From contig CAVTRN010000001.1 in NCBI GenBank assembly GCA_963737155.1, forward strand, positions 1 through 64,000: 64,000 nucleotides of DNA, in the 5' to 3' direction. Both the position numbers and the translations under genes were made by a program. This document shows positions 1 through 10,446 of this stretch, one piece after another. The stretch is from Nitrospirota bacterium (GTDB lineage: Bacteria; Nitrospirota; UBA9217). The notes under the pieces were generated by a model. That model was given only the letters and a program-made list of their open reading frames with translations, was not told the origin of the DNA and did no database searches. The first letter of the stretch is position 1, and each line of letters opens with the position of its first letter.

Positions 1-150
1 CTATTTGATAATATTTTCTGTTAACAGCATCTTCCTGAAGTTCTCGTCGTCGCCATTCTTTGCAACTCATAAACTTTGAACCTGAATCTTGCACCGCATA
101 CCCATATATGACCATCGTTATTGTATCCATTAGATATCCATTAGATATCG

Positions 151-179
151 TTGACATAACGCAAGAGAAGGCATATATT
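151..179 (+). promoter_or_regulatory. sigma70-type promoter for the 222..1517 gene, preceded by an 11-bp tandem repeat (TATCCATTAGA x2, 124-145)
   Basis: TTGACA(151-156)-17 bp-TATATT(174-179). Confidence 0.7.
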
Positions 180-221
180 CGTGGTATAATATAAAACGAT
201 CATTAATAGCGAAAAGCTAGG

Positions 222-1517
222 GTGGGAATTATGATATCTCCTCTTGCAGATCTAGACGAATTAATTCTCAAGTGCCGTGACGACAAAGCAAAGGCATACA
301 TTGCTGAGGCCGTAGCAAGTTATCGCGGAGGAGCCTTTCGATCTTCCATCGTTGCAACTTGGATCGCAGTTTGCTTTGACGTGATTGATAAAATACGCGA
401 GCTTGCTCTTGCTGGTGACAAGGAAGCAGAGAAGCAAGCAGAGGAAATTGAGAAGACAAGGAAACTGGGTGATATTGCTAATGCACTAAGATTTGAACGT
501 GAAATTCTGGAGCTTGCCCGAGACAAGTTTGAACTCATTTCCCATGTTGAATTTGTAGACTTGGACCGGCTTCAGCAAGACCGAAATCGTTGCGCTCATC
601 CCTCGTTGGTAACGGAAGGAGAGGCGTTCACGCCGTCTGCTGAACTTGCAAGAGTACATATTCGTTCTGCTGTTACCCATTTACTGCAACACCCTCCCGT
701 TCAAGGTAAATTTGCTCTGGAGCGGCTAATAGCTGAGATTGACTCCGAGTATTTCTCGGACAATAAAGACAAGGCCATAGTCGCTTTATCTTCTGGACCT
801 CTTAAAAAACCAAGAGAGTCGCTTGTCCGCAATTTCACCATCATTCTTATAAAAAGGCTCCTGAAAGAAAATGTTAATTTGAAACAACGCCTACGAGTTG
901 CAGCCGCTCTTAATGCCGTAGCAAGCCTTCATTCTGCTTGGTACGACGCAACAATGAAAGAAAAATTATCTTCAATAGTTCGTGCACTTCAAGACGATGA
1001 GCTAGAGAAAGTTATTTTCTTCTTTCAGAATGTGTCAGATGTATGGCAATTCCTCGAGGAAGATGTACGTCAACGTTGTGAAAACTTTGTGTCAGCACTG
1101 CCATCAGCGCTTCTTGTCGATCTCGATTTTCTCTTAACCTTTAAACCGCTTGCCAGCTTCGCTGAGCATCGCCTCACAATCGCCACGCTTGCCGAGATTA
1201 AAAACACTATGTTCTTTGAATTGCCAGCCGAAGTAGCAGAGAAGACTGTAAAAAGTTATCTTGAAGCGAGCACATTTGACGAAGCAAATGAATGGGCCAA
1301 GCAATTAGCGATACACGCTTCTAACTTAACCGCTGAACAGATAACACGAATCATCACCAATGCGGCCAAGAACGATCAAGTTCTCTATAGCTTTGAATTG
1401 GGTGCACTCCTATATTCTTTACGGTCTAGAAAGAAACTATCAGTGGATGCTTTTGATGCCCTTCTTCATCAGAATGGTCTTGGGAAATATGCTCCAGCCC
1501 CTGCACAGCAGGCCTAG
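222..1517 (+). CDS. Hypothetical protein with N-terminal HEPN-like domain (candidate RNase/defence protein)
   Basis: 431 aa ORF (ATG at 231 is an alternative start); EAVASY...AFRSSIV helix and Rx4H motif RNRCAH; helical C-terminus. Confidence 0.6.
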   Translation: MGIMISPLADLDELILKCRDDKAKAYIAEAVASYRGGAFRSSIVATWIAVCFDVIDKIRELALAGDKEAEKQAEEIEKTRKLGDIANALRFEREILELARDKFELISHVEFVDLDRLQQDRNRCAHPSLVTEGEAFTPSAELARVHIRSAVTHLLQHPPVQGKFALERLIAEIDSEYFSDNKDKAIVALSSGPLKKPRESLVRNFTIILIKRLLKENVNLKQRLRVAAALNAVASLHSAWYDATMKEKLSSIVRALQDDELEKVIFFFQNVSDVWQFLEEDVRQRCENFVSALPSALLVDLDFLLTFKPLASFAEHRLTIATLAEIKNTMFFELPAEVAEKTVKSYLEASTFDEANEWAKQLAIHASNLTAEQITRIITNAAKNDQVLYSFELGALLYSLRSRKKLSVDAFDALLHQNGLGKYAPAPAQQA

Positions 1518-1649
1518 CAAGGGATGTCCTAGGTAATCCTGGATCACGCGCAGATGTGAGGCGCAGGAATGACGCAGCGTGTGCACGAAGATGTCGCGTT
1601 TCTGGATGCCCGCTGCGCGTATTTCGTTCCGAAAATCTCCCTGCACCAT
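1518..1649 (-). pseudogene. Tyrosine recombinase C-terminal remnant
   Basis: AAGIQKRDIFVHTLRHSCASHL-RVIQDYLGH: HxLRH and LGH boxes with an internal deletion and no catalytic Tyr. Confidence 0.65.
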
Positions 1650-1988
1650 GCCGATGGTAACAGGGATCTGACCTTCTCATCCCTTTTCGGATAGGCCTCG
1701 TGATGGATAAATCATGCTCAGTTTTTGAGCGTGGCCCAATGCTTCCGCAAAATCTCAAGTGTCGCATGCGGGAGCACAACGTAACGATCCTTCGCGCCTT
1801 TGCCCTGATGGACTTAGATCCCGACATAGCAGATAGGCATGGTGATGGGAGCCCACTTACGGACATTCCTGCAATGGAAGAAGCTCCTCTTAGGTGACGA
1901 GATCGGTGGTTTTGTTATCGAGATGCTCAATGAGCAATCGGACTGCGCGCGTGCAAAAAAGCCTTAGTGGCCTTACTCAGACAGCTCA

Positions 1989-2017
1989 TTGATTTTATTC
2001 ATATCCCATGCTATAGT
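1989..2017 (+). promoter_or_regulatory. sigma70-type promoter of the relE-like/Shedu pair
   Basis: TTGATT-17 bp-TATAGT with TGn extended -10. Confidence 0.55.
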
Positions 2018-2036
2018 CGCTTAACTGATAACTACA

Positions 2037-2366
2037 GTGTCGAAAACTGAGAGTAACCGAATGCCAACACAGTTTCGGATTGAAATAGCCCGTCGGGCCG
2101 AAGTGGCTCTGGAGCGACTGCAGCCTCGGGAGCAACGGCGCATTGGATTTGCTCTAGACAGGCTTACAGAGGTGGGGCTGGCGTCGAGAGACGTATCAAA
2201 ACTCGGCAAGGGAGCGAACGGGGAAGTCTACCTGATCCGAGCGGGGAGAGATTTGCGGATTATCGTTAGAAGGACGGACGACGTATTAGAAGTTCTGGAC
2301 ATAGTGCGGCATGACAAACTGCGGCAAGCATACAACATCTTCCGGCATGGCGGTGGTGCCGAATGA
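2037..2366 (+). CDS. RelE/ParE-family toxin-like protein
   Basis: ~100 aa basic protein (ATG at 2061 possible); VSKL..G..YLIRAGRDLRIIV...LEVLDIVRH pattern; ATGA overlap with next gene. Confidence 0.65.
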   Translation: MSKTESNRMPTQFRIEIARRAEVALERLQPREQRRIGFALDRLTEVGLASRDVSKLGKGANGEVYLIRAGRDLRIIVRRTDDVLEVLDIVRHDKLRQAYNIFRHGGGAE

Positions 2367-3022
2367 AATCTCTGCAGACTATTGATTTTGATCCTACCTC
2401 CTTCACCAAAGAACTCGGAGAATTTGCCTCATTACTTAAAACGAAAGCGGAGCTTTCAGAGCGAGACGATCTACTTCCTCTTTTTAGACGTTCGCCTAAC
2501 CTCATAGCTATGCTAGGTAACTTACATCCAGGGATAACCAGTGTCGATCGCATAGCTTATGAATATGATCTATTTGGTGACTTTGCGTGTGATTTCGTTG
2601 TGGGCGACTCCAAACGTAGCGCTTACTGTTTCATCGAGTTTGAGGACGCAAAGAAGAACAGCATATTCATGCCCTCTTTGAGGGCTACCTCCGATTGGGC
2701 AACGCGTTTTGAGCACGGGTTTAGCCAAATAGTGGATTGGCTATACAAGCTTTCCGACACCGAAAAATCGGAGGCGTTTAAGGATCGGTTTGGCGCGCGA
2801 TCCATCGACGCCATGTGCATACTGGTAGTAGGAAGGTCGGCTTTTCTAACGGAGCCGGAGCACCGTCGCGTGTTGTGGCGCGAGCGGCACGTCGTGGTGC
2901 ATTCACAGAAGATACGATGCATGACATTTGATCAGTTATTTGAAGAACTATCCTTCATTTTGACGACCTATCCCGAAGCAGCTGTAGCAGATGCAAAGCT
3001 ACGCGCTGCAACCAGCAAATAA
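2363..3022 (+). CDS. sduA: Shedu anti-phage nuclease (DUF4263)
   Basis: EY..FGDFACDF..., FIEFE, GFSQIVDW, ILVVGRS, TFDQL motifs typical of DUF4263. Confidence 0.8.
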   Translation: MKSLQTIDFDPTSFTKELGEFASLLKTKAELSERDDLLPLFRRSPNLIAMLGNLHPGITSVDRIAYEYDLFGDFACDFVVGDSKRSAYCFIEFEDAKKNSIFMPSLRATSDWATRFEHGFSQIVDWLYKLSDTEKSEAFKDRFGARSIDAMCILVVGRSAFLTEPEHRRVLWRERHVVVHSQKIRCMTFDQLFEELSFILTTYPEAAVADAKLRAATSK

Positions 3023-3045
3023 TCTGGCACCATGAAAGATAAATT

Positions 3046-3537
3046 ATGTATTGTCCCAAATGCAAAACAGAATATAGAATAGGATATACCTCTTGTGCGG
3101 ACTGTGAAAGCCCTTTAGTCCATGAATTACCGCCGGATCCTCCACCGCCACCGGCTCCAGAATACGTTAATTTCATCAACTTATACTCCCCTCAAAACGA
3201 GATTGAATTGAGCATGCTAAAAAGTATCCTCGATTCGGAGGGTATCAGCTATTTCGTCAGGAACGACAATTTCGGATCCTTGGAAGTAGGTCCTCATATA
3301 GGTCTCTATAATGCAAAGATGATAGAAGTGCAAGATGACCAATATGAAAAAGCCAAAGAGCTTCTGACGGATTATCGTGAGAAGACATATGAGCAAATAG
3401 AAGAACCTTTAAAAAAATATTCCTTGTTCGATAAGATTCGTATGGTAATTGAATTCCTGCTTTTTAATTGGGTAATGCCAGGTAAGATTAAGCATATGGC
3501 AAATCCTGAGGATAGTTCGAATTCAGATAGAGATTAA
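3046..3537 (+). CDS. Zinc-ribbon + DUF2007-like putative signal-transducing protein
   Basis: CPKC...CADC N-terminus, Pro linker, KSILDSEGISYF..EVQDDQYEKAKELL. Confidence 0.7.
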   Translation: MYCPKCKTEYRIGYTSCADCESPLVHELPPDPPPPPAPEYVNFINLYSPQNEIELSMLKSILDSEGISYFVRNDNFGSLEVGPHIGLYNAKMIEVQDDQYEKAKELLTDYREKTYEQIEEPLKKYSLFDKIRMVIEFLLFNWVMPGKIKHMANPEDSSNSDRD

Positions 3538-3591
3538 CCTGCGGGTCGAGAATGACGCGCCAATGGGCGGCGCTTGACCCGAGCGTCATAT
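3532..3591 (+). repeat. Degenerate attC-like cassette recombination site
   Basis: GATTAAC overlapping the stop codon; arms CGGGTCGAG/CTTGACCCG; ends GTCATAT (degenerate GTTRRRY). Confidence 0.6.
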
Positions 3592-3763
3592 GCACCTTCC
3601 AAGTAGTATTTTGTATTGAATTTTTGTCAACATTGCTACATGCTTGTAGGTGGAGTTCGACATCGTTTGATCTGCCATCTCTTGAAGGATTCCGATTGTA
3701 ATCTTGATTTGTTTGTACCATAATAAAAAAATCTACATCCTATACTTTGCAGGAGTTGCAATA

Positions 3764-4174
3764 ATGAAAATACCAACGATTCGAAATATTCTTATGGTAT
3801 TTGGATGCTATTTGTTGTCATTATGGGTTGTTCTTCCGATCGCGATTATACACGGCAAGATAACTAACGGGATTATATATACTGGAACCTTGGGCGCTGT
3901 ACTTATGCATGCCGTTGCGGCAATTCCTTTAGCCATTGTATCGTTTGGTGCGGGCATGCTGATCCGATACGTGTTGGAGGGCTCCTCGCAGAAATACTGG
4001 ATACTCTTATTGGCGTTGCTTTATGCTTCAAGACATTTTATGGGGTTTCACTGGGCGATAAGGCCAGAAGTATCAGACAGGGCTTTACAGATTCTTCAGT
4101 CAATTATTCCAGCAATTACCTGTTATATAGGCAGCAGGGTTCCAGTTAGGACCACCAAAGAGCCGACCTATTGA
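3764..4174 (+). CDS. Multi-TM membrane protein
   Basis: AGGAG RBS, ATG 3764, about four hydrophobic segments. Confidence 0.65.
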   Translation: MKIPTIRNILMVFGCYLLSLWVVLPIAIIHGKITNGIIYTGTLGAVLMHAVAAIPLAIVSFGAGMLIRYVLEGSSQKYWILLLALLYASRHFMGFHWAIRPEVSDRALQILQSIIPAITCYIGSRVPVRTTKEPTY

Positions 4175-4706
4175 GCAACGCGGAGGCAAGATGAATGTCA
4201 GATTGAAATCCGCCTTAAAATATTCTGTGTTTTTTTCCTCGGCCTCGTCGTTGGAGCATTTCTGCTTGAATCTCTAGAGATTTATCTTCGTCCGGCCTAT
4301 CGCAATCTAATCATTAGAACACATCTGAAAACTGAGCAAGAGTTCTGAGCATCTCGTGCTGCCCGCGAAAACAGGCCGCTTGATGCTGCATTCCATCGGT
4401 GGGTGGTAGTCAATGCCGAATCAGAGAATGGTTTCAGTGTTTTTCTTGTACCGAATGGCAAGCTTGATGATAATCCGTATTTGTATCCGCTAGGAATGCT
4501 AGCTCTAAAATCGATGTCGTCAGCGGAAAATGTAAAAGGGGAAAAAGATAGTCGAGGGTTATGACCGAGGAAAGCTTGCAGTTGCCTTGGAAGCCATTGG
4601 ACAGAACGAAGAAGCAGAAAATCAGTGGCACCTTGCACAGCCGTTAATACATCTTAATACAATTCAAGACACAAAAGATGCGGTCCGTTCAATGCTTAAG
4701 TTGGAA

Positions 4707-6082
4707 GGCTCATGGCACCCTTCTGTGGGTAAAAGACCATGGATGGAAGCGATTCATCCAGGGAGTGCAGGCCTGAATGATCTTCAAATCCAGATAGGCA
4801 TTGTCTCGATAGCCGTATGCGCGGCGAATTACATTTCTCGCCTTAGCGTTTGCGGCCTCAATAAATCCAAGCGGCGCTTTATTATCGCAATACGCCAAAA
4901 TACCATCCAGATGCTTTTCCACCATACGTGCGAATTTTTGCATCGGCTTCAGTCGACTCCATTTAAGTTGGTCTACCCAACCTCGAAAGAACTTGCGTGC
5001 CCATGTTATTGATTCATAGCTCCACAAGTGCCCAAACGTCTCTTTCATCAAATGCGCCTTAAACAATCGCTTATTTGCTCGCAATGCGTCATTCAGTTCT
5101 ACCCGCGCATTTCCTCGTACATGGGCTTGACGGGAAAGCAGGATAAACTTTTTCCCCGACAGTCGGCCTTTCATCCATTTCCCGGCCTTTCGGATCTCCT
5201 GTACTCGCACAGCATTAAGAGCTTTTAGTAAGTGTTGGATAACGTGAAACTTGTCGTAAATAATCTGCGCACTCGGACAAGTGCTTGCGAACACTGTTGC
5301 GGAACGGCTTCCACATGTCCATTACAGCATGGGTGATTATATGAGCACGCTCTTTGCCAAACCACTTCCAGAACTTGCTCAAGTTGCGTTCTTTTCGCCC
5401 TTTTCCCACAAACAGCATCTCTGGGCCACGAGGTCCATCCAGGGCGCTTATCATGTGCTTATACTTATGTCCCTTCCCCTTTCCATGGGAAAGTTCATCC
5501 ATACCCAATACGTTTATGCCGTCCAGAGGGCGATTTGCCTGCTCTTCCTGTAACGCCTGTTTATCGATCGCCTTGACCGTATGTCGGTGCAGCATCAGGA
5601 TATCGCCCACGGCCTTGACCGTTGTCACTTTGCACAATTCCTTGGTTACATGCGCCAATTCTGCGGTGACCCGTGGTCCTCGGACATCCACAAAATCAAG
5701 AGGTTCCGATAGAATCCCGCACGCTTTACAGTTGCCGCGATAGCGCTCGAATCGGATAAATGTTGGGGTACTCCAAAACAGTAAATGGCGGACCTCAAAT
5801 TCCTTGCTGTCGTATCCGCCGACGTCTATTACACCACACTTCGCGCATGTATGAGTTTCATGATCCCGAGCTATCGTAACAATGACGGATATACGTTCCT
5901 TTCGGTATCCTATATCGAACTCCGTCACATGATACCCTTGAATTCCTAATAAGCGTGTGAGATAATCTAAATGCATCCGGAAGGCCCCTCCTTGCTTAAT
6001 GATCGCGAGTCATTTGCAAGAAGTTAACGCTTTCCGGGTGTCTTTTCAACGCATTTCAACCCATAGTATCGTGCCAAGAGCC
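4707..6082 (-). mobile_element. ISL3-family insertion sequence
   Basis: Terminal IRs GGCTCATGGCAC / GTGCCAAGAGCC; 8-bp target duplication AGTTGGAA (4699-4706, 6083-6090). Confidence 0.92.
4710..5976 (-). pseudogene. ISL3 transposase, frameshifted (5215..5976 + 4710..5294)
   Basis: Zn-finger, GMDE, MDMW, YDKFH, EAANAK..RRAYGYR motifs; one extra base near 5280 splits the frame. Confidence 0.88.
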
Positions 6083-6148
6083 AGTTGGAAAAGTCCGATT
6101 TATATCTGAATGCCGAAGATAAGATTCTTGGTAAGCAGAAATGATGCA

Positions 6149-6204
6149 TTCCAACACTCGCGTCGAGGAAAAAGCATAAACCGTACCCCTCACGTACGTT
6201 TAGT
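6149..6204 (+). repeat. Degenerate attC-like site
   Basis: TTCCAAC-ACTCGCGTCGAG...CCCCTCACG-GTTTAGT between two co-oriented genes. Confidence 0.45.
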
Positions 6205-6921
6205 ATAAGGTGACAATGAATATTAGACCACTAGCGCTCTTAGTTGCCATCATATCGCTACTATTTATTGCTCCGTCTTTACTAAAAGCGTCAGAGATTG
6301 ATAGCTGTCAAACATATACTCCTGAAGTCATTACGTGTAAACCATATACGGAAAAAGAATTAAATACGATTAAAACAGGTAGTGATCCCAGTTTGATCAT
6401 GGGAGCCGGCATAGTAGACCTCTTCTCAAATCCGCTTTCTACTGTCGGCCAGGAATTACTTAATTTGGGCAGCCGGATTGAATCTCCAAAAGGAATGGCG
6501 ACGGTATCTTTAATAGTCGATCAATTGAATCGCAACTATAATTCGTCATTGAAGCCGTTGCGAGAAAATATCATACAACTAATGCGAGACGATAAAGATA
6601 ATGCTTTGTCCTATTACCTTAATGCTCTATTGCAAGAGGAAGAAGGAGCGAGCCAGGAGTCACTCGCTCTTATCCAAAAAGGAAATGCTAAAATCATCAC
6701 CAGCTACCCAAAGCAAAGATTTCATGCAATCGTAGAGGCAGGTAAAATAGCAAAATGCGAGAAGATTCAGGCACAGCGCTTTGCCCTTTGGAATTCTTTC
6801 AGTACAAGCGTCTTTATAAGATCACGTAAACTGTGCGACAATCTTGTTAAGGCCAATGGCCAAGAAGCAAAAAAGGCATGTTTCGTGATGGGTCAAAACC
6901 TTGAACACGCAAGTATAACTA

Positions 6922-8545
6922 GAGTCTGTATTTTAATGCAAAAAACGCATTGCGCGAGTGCGACCGAGGACGCCGTAAGATGTGGTAATTCCCCCGCATT
7001 CGCGTTTATAGCCTCGCCGTTTGAGGTAGTTTCGTAATAACATAGCCATAATGCTAATTTTGAACGCACTGGTGCTATAAGGGTTGATTGATGATTGAGT
7101 TTTCGTTACTATCGGGCCGTTTGAATCTTGGTGATCAGCAGTCCAGTCATAACCCGAATATTATACGCAATTGCACTCCAGTAAATCTTCGCGTTGAAGT
7201 GTGGTCGTGTCTTCCATTCGCAGCGAAACATATCGAACCCTCTTTTGAAATTCGATATGACAGCCTCGATGCCGCTCCGCCACTTCTTAAGACGCGTTTC
7301 CAGGTTCAGGCTGCTCGTCAAATTCTTGAGCGATCCAACGATCTTGTTGAATACGATATTGACGACCCCTTTATCTTTCGCCAGTTGCTGGTTCAAGAGA
7401 GACGCATAGCCGCCGTCCGTCGTCATATCGCGCGGCACGATGCCATAGTTTTCCTTGATTCGATCAATCACGCTGCCGTATTCCTGAGTGTCGCTGGGGT
7501 TGCCATCAAGAATCTTGCAGTCGATAATCAGCATGCTCGCACCTGTCGCCAGATTGATCTTATGCCCGAACGTCGCTTCACGTTTGCCTTTTACGATGAT
7601 ATCGGTATGATCCTCAAAGATCGAAAACAGCTTGTCCTCGTTCGGCACTTTCTCTCCCAGGATCTCGTGGCGATGCGTCATGCTGTAAACCCTCTCCGCC
7701 TTCGGGAGAAGATTCTTGATTTCGGTCGCAAGAGCCAAAGCCGCATCATCTGCGTACCGAAGCGAAGGCAACACAACAAGCGCGGCCTCAGCCTGATTAA
7801 TGCTGGTTCGAAGCAATTTCAACTGTTTTTCAAAGGTTTCTTTGCGCTTCTCGCCCGGCTTCGTGTTGTTGATCTTGCCGAAATGCTTCTTGGCCTGCTT
7901 CTTGTACCGCCGCCCCGTGATCACTCCACCGGTCTCTTCAGCGAGTTTTACGAGCAGCCGGTCAAAGGTCTTGATGCAGTCCCACATCAGCGAATTGTTC
8001 GTCGGATAATGGACGTTTGTCTCGATTGCCGTGGAATCGGTTCGCGCCTTGCTGAAATCATCAAGTCCTTCCGCTTGGGCAATCTTGTTGATTGCGATCA
8101 TCACTTGCTCAAGCGTTTCCGCTTTGATCATCGAGATGTACTTCTGCCAGACCGAGAAGGATATGGGGGACCTGCCGTTAAGTTTGAGAAACAGCACGCA
8201 GATGCGAGAATCGTGTTGGGCGTACTCCAACTCCCGATATGTCAGCGTCTTCATCTCCTTATACAACGCGCCGCGCAGAATTTGCTCGATTGTGGGGGTG
8301 TCCTTTCTGCCAAGACTTTTTCCCGTGCTGCCCTTGAAGTCCCGTTTGACAAGCTCGTAAATTTCGGGATGCAACGACAAAATCGTGTCGATAACCGCGA
8401 ATTCCGTGTTGACTGCCCAGTGCGGATTCTCAAGCGTGAGTGTCAATTCGTTCAAAAGCTTCATCGTTTCCCCCTTGCTGATTTTGTTACGCCACTATAC
8501 TTTTATCGTGCAGAATCAGCAAGTTAAATGATTAAATACAGACTC
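6922..8545 (-). mobile_element. ISNCY/IS5-like insertion sequence
   Basis: IRs GAGTCTGTATTT / AAATACAGACTC; 6-bp target duplication TAACTA (6916-6921, 8546-8551). Confidence 0.9.
7109..8464 (-). CDS. DDE transposase (ISNCY family)
   Basis: RTDSTAIETNVHYPT, TDGGYAS, WRSGIEAVISNFKR motifs. Confidence 0.9.
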   Translation of the reverse strand: MKLLNELTLTLENPHWAVNTEFAVIDTILSLHPEIYELVKRDFKGSTGKSLGRKDTPTIEQILRGALYKEMKTLTYRELEYAQHDSRICVLFLKLNGRSPISFSVWQKYISMIKAETLEQVMIAINKIAQAEGLDDFSKARTDSTAIETNVHYPTNNSLMWDCIKTFDRLLVKLAEETGGVITGRRYKKQAKKHFGKINNTKPGEKRKETFEKQLKLLRTSINQAEAALVVLPSLRYADDAALALATEIKNLLPKAERVYSMTHRHEILGEKVPNEDKLFSIFEDHTDIIVKGKREATFGHKINLATGASMLIIDCKILDGNPSDTQEYGSVIDRIKENYGIVPRDMTTDGGYASLLNQQLAKDKGVVNIVFNKIVGSLKNLTSSLNLETRLKKWRSGIEAVISNFKRGFDMFRCEWKTRPHFNAKIYWSAIAYNIRVMTGLLITKIQTAR

Positions 8546-8805
8546 TAACTATCATTGATAAGCTGCAAAGCCTTCGTATCCAGCAGGGGGCATTGGATGT
8601 TTCTTCTAATTCAATAGCTCTGATTGAAATCAAGAACAGGAGAGATAAGACGCTTAACTGCGATGGCAGGAAACCCTTTGAGTGGATACCTTATTCTGAT
8701 GTGAATGAAGAAACCGATTTAAAATATGACGAGATCTATTTGGACTCAGGTGAGTGCGCTGCCTTAGAATTCCTATCCGAATTCGCAAAGCAGAAAAAAC
8801 GTGTG

Positions 8806-8856
8806 AACTAACTGCGTATCAGCAGCGTCGTGCCCAAAGGCGCCATGCGATACAAT
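8806..8856 (+). repeat. Highly degenerate attC-like site
   Basis: AACTAAC overlapping the stop codon, followed by an imperfect GC-rich palindrome. Confidence 0.35.
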
Positions 8857-9069
8857 TATCACCTAGAATTCTGCATAGATTTATTGTCAACAGGACTGTA
8901 AGATTGTAGGTGCACCTCTCAATGCCTTAATGTTGATCGAGCTGAATAGTATCGGTTATAACTTGCAGTACGATGTCATCCCCGAAACATTCGAGTTATA
9001 TTTCTAATCAACAATCAAAATATCATTCCGGATTATTTAACGCATACTTTTAAAAACCATTCACTATTA

Positions 9070-9098
9070 TTGACATCGCGTTGAATCGAGCATATTAT
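9070..9098 (+). promoter_or_regulatory. sigma70-type promoter
   Basis: TTGACA-17 bp-TATTAT. Confidence 0.65.
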
Positions 9099-9220
9099 TC
9101 TGTATATACTGTGTGTGGTTTGGCATATTCATTGATGCCTGTTCATACCCTAATTTCGTACTTACCGAGGTGGATACCGTCCCTATAATAACTTGTTAAT
9201 TATTTTAAGAGGGCTCTTTA

Positions 9221-9853
9221 GTGACATATCAATCGTATAGCAGAAACATACGACTCATATTTATCGTTCTTGGATCCTTATTCTTTTTACAGCAATTTGG
9301 AAAAGTCTTATTTGAGAAACAACGACTGATTGTAGTTTTCTTATATTTTGCAATTCGTATCGTGACATTATATCTTCTAATCTTCAGCGTATATGCCCTT
9401 CTTTCAAAGATAATAATTCTTCGTAAGCTAGAGTCTCCGGTTGTATTGATTATCATTGCAGTTGTTTTGGTAGTCTCGTCGTATGGACCGCCTATTATAT
9501 TTTACATAATGTCTCGAAATACAGACTACGTTTTTACAAACAGTCGCCTTGATGCGGCGGAGATAATAAACAAGTCGATGAGCCTTAATGTCTATTCAGA
9601 GGAGCGGTTTCAACTGGCTAGAAATTATTATTTAGATACCGGCACCCGCTTGCCATATTTGGATGATAATAATAGAGAAACAATTTATGCACCCGATGAT
9701 ACAGCATTTAAGCTCTATAAAGCGACGACAAAACTTAAAATTGCTAAGACTAATTTGAAAAACACTGCACTCAGTCTTATTAGCATCTTCGTTGTTTCGG
9801 GCATATATTTTGCGATCTTTTTATGGTTTCGCTTCCCACAAAAGCAAGTTTAG
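9221..9853 (+). CDS. Membrane protein
   Basis: GAGG RBS, GTG start; three N-terminal TMs, soluble loop, C-terminal TM. Confidence 0.65.
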   Translation: MTYQSYSRNIRLIFIVLGSLFFLQQFGKVLFEKQRLIVVFLYFAIRIVTLYLLIFSVYALLSKIIILRKLESPVVLIIIAVVLVVSSYGPPIIFYIMSRNTDYVFTNSRLDAAEIINKSMSLNVYSEERFQLARNYYLDTGTRLPYLDDNNRETIYAPDDTAFKLYKATTKLKIAKTNLKNTALSLISIFVVSGIYFAIFLWFRFPQKQV

Positions 9854-9878
9854 GATCTTTGATTGTAATAATGTAAAG

Positions 9879-9933
9879 ATTTGACATATCGTACCACGCC
9901 GACCGCTTCCGGCGTGTGAACTCGTCGTTAATA
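9879..9933 (+). repeat. attC-like site
   Basis: ATTTGAC-ATATCGTACCACGCCGACCGCTTCCGGCGTGTGAACTCGTC-GTTAATA; classic short attC architecture. Confidence 0.65.
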
Positions 9934-10032
9934 TCAGGTTTTAAACATGTGTACTATTCAATCAGTTATTCCGCATTGATTTGTTGCCAACGCCACTGCA
10001 AGCTTGTGGTTCTGACAAGGACGGGATTACTA

Positions 10033-10329
10033 ATGATATGTCCTCACTGCAATAATCTAATTCCGCTATTAAAAGTAAAAAAGGAATTTAAATGCCCTAC
10101 CTGCGGTTTATTACTTAAATGTGATAACTATTCAAATATGTTACTTAAAGCATTAGCAATATACCTGGTCATAGTATTTGTCTTAGATTTTTTTATTTCT
10201 AATATAGTATTTGTCATTTTATATAACATCGTGATTTTTGCGGTTGTCATGATGAGATACGCGAAAAAGCTGGATTGTCCAGTGCTGAGCGGATATAAAG
10301 ATAAGGCTAATCATGATGACATCGTATGA
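10033..10329 (+). CDS. CxxC-CxxC zinc-ribbon membrane protein
   Basis: CPHC...CPTC followed by two TMs. Confidence 0.6.
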   Translation: MICPHCNNLIPLLKVKKEFKCPTCGLLLKCDNYSNMLLKALAIYLVIVFVLDFFISNIVFVILYNIVIFAVVMMRYAKKLDCPVLSGYKDKANHDDIV

Positions 10330-10381
10330 GGAGTCTTGCAAAGACGGCAGGTCGGTTGGCAAATCGAAACCAGATATAATG

Positions 10382-10440
10382 ATCCAATCACGCCGTCGCG
10401 AGGACCGCTGTAAAAAGGCGCCCTCAGGGTGGCGTTAGGA
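10382..10440 (+). repeat. attC-like site
   Basis: ATCCAAT-CACGCC...GGGTGGC-GTTAGGA, with the next ATG 7 bp downstream. Confidence 0.55.
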
Positions 10441-10446
10441 AATAAT

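Larger units (their letters stand above)
4191..6144 (+). pseudogene. Membrane-anchored protein pseudogene interrupted by ISL3
   Basis: GGAGG-ATG 4191 (MNVRLKSALKYSVFFFLG), in-frame TGA near 4346; ...RSMLKLE resumes after the IS as KSDLYLNAEDKILGKQK*. Confidence 0.6.
6216..8811 (+). pseudogene. Secreted Cys-containing protein split by ISNCY
   Basis: Signal peptide; removing the IS and one TAACTA restores ...HASIT-IIDKLQSLRIQQGALDVSS... in frame to TAA 8811. Confidence 0.85.

Noticed and set aside
5270-5295. Programmed frameshift in the ISL3 transposase
   Set aside because: No slippery run at the junction, and ISL3 transposases are single ORFs; more likely a 1-bp insertion or sequencing error.
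7088-8527. 479-aa + strand ORF
   Set aside because: Antisense shadow of the ISNCY transposase with no recognisable motifs.
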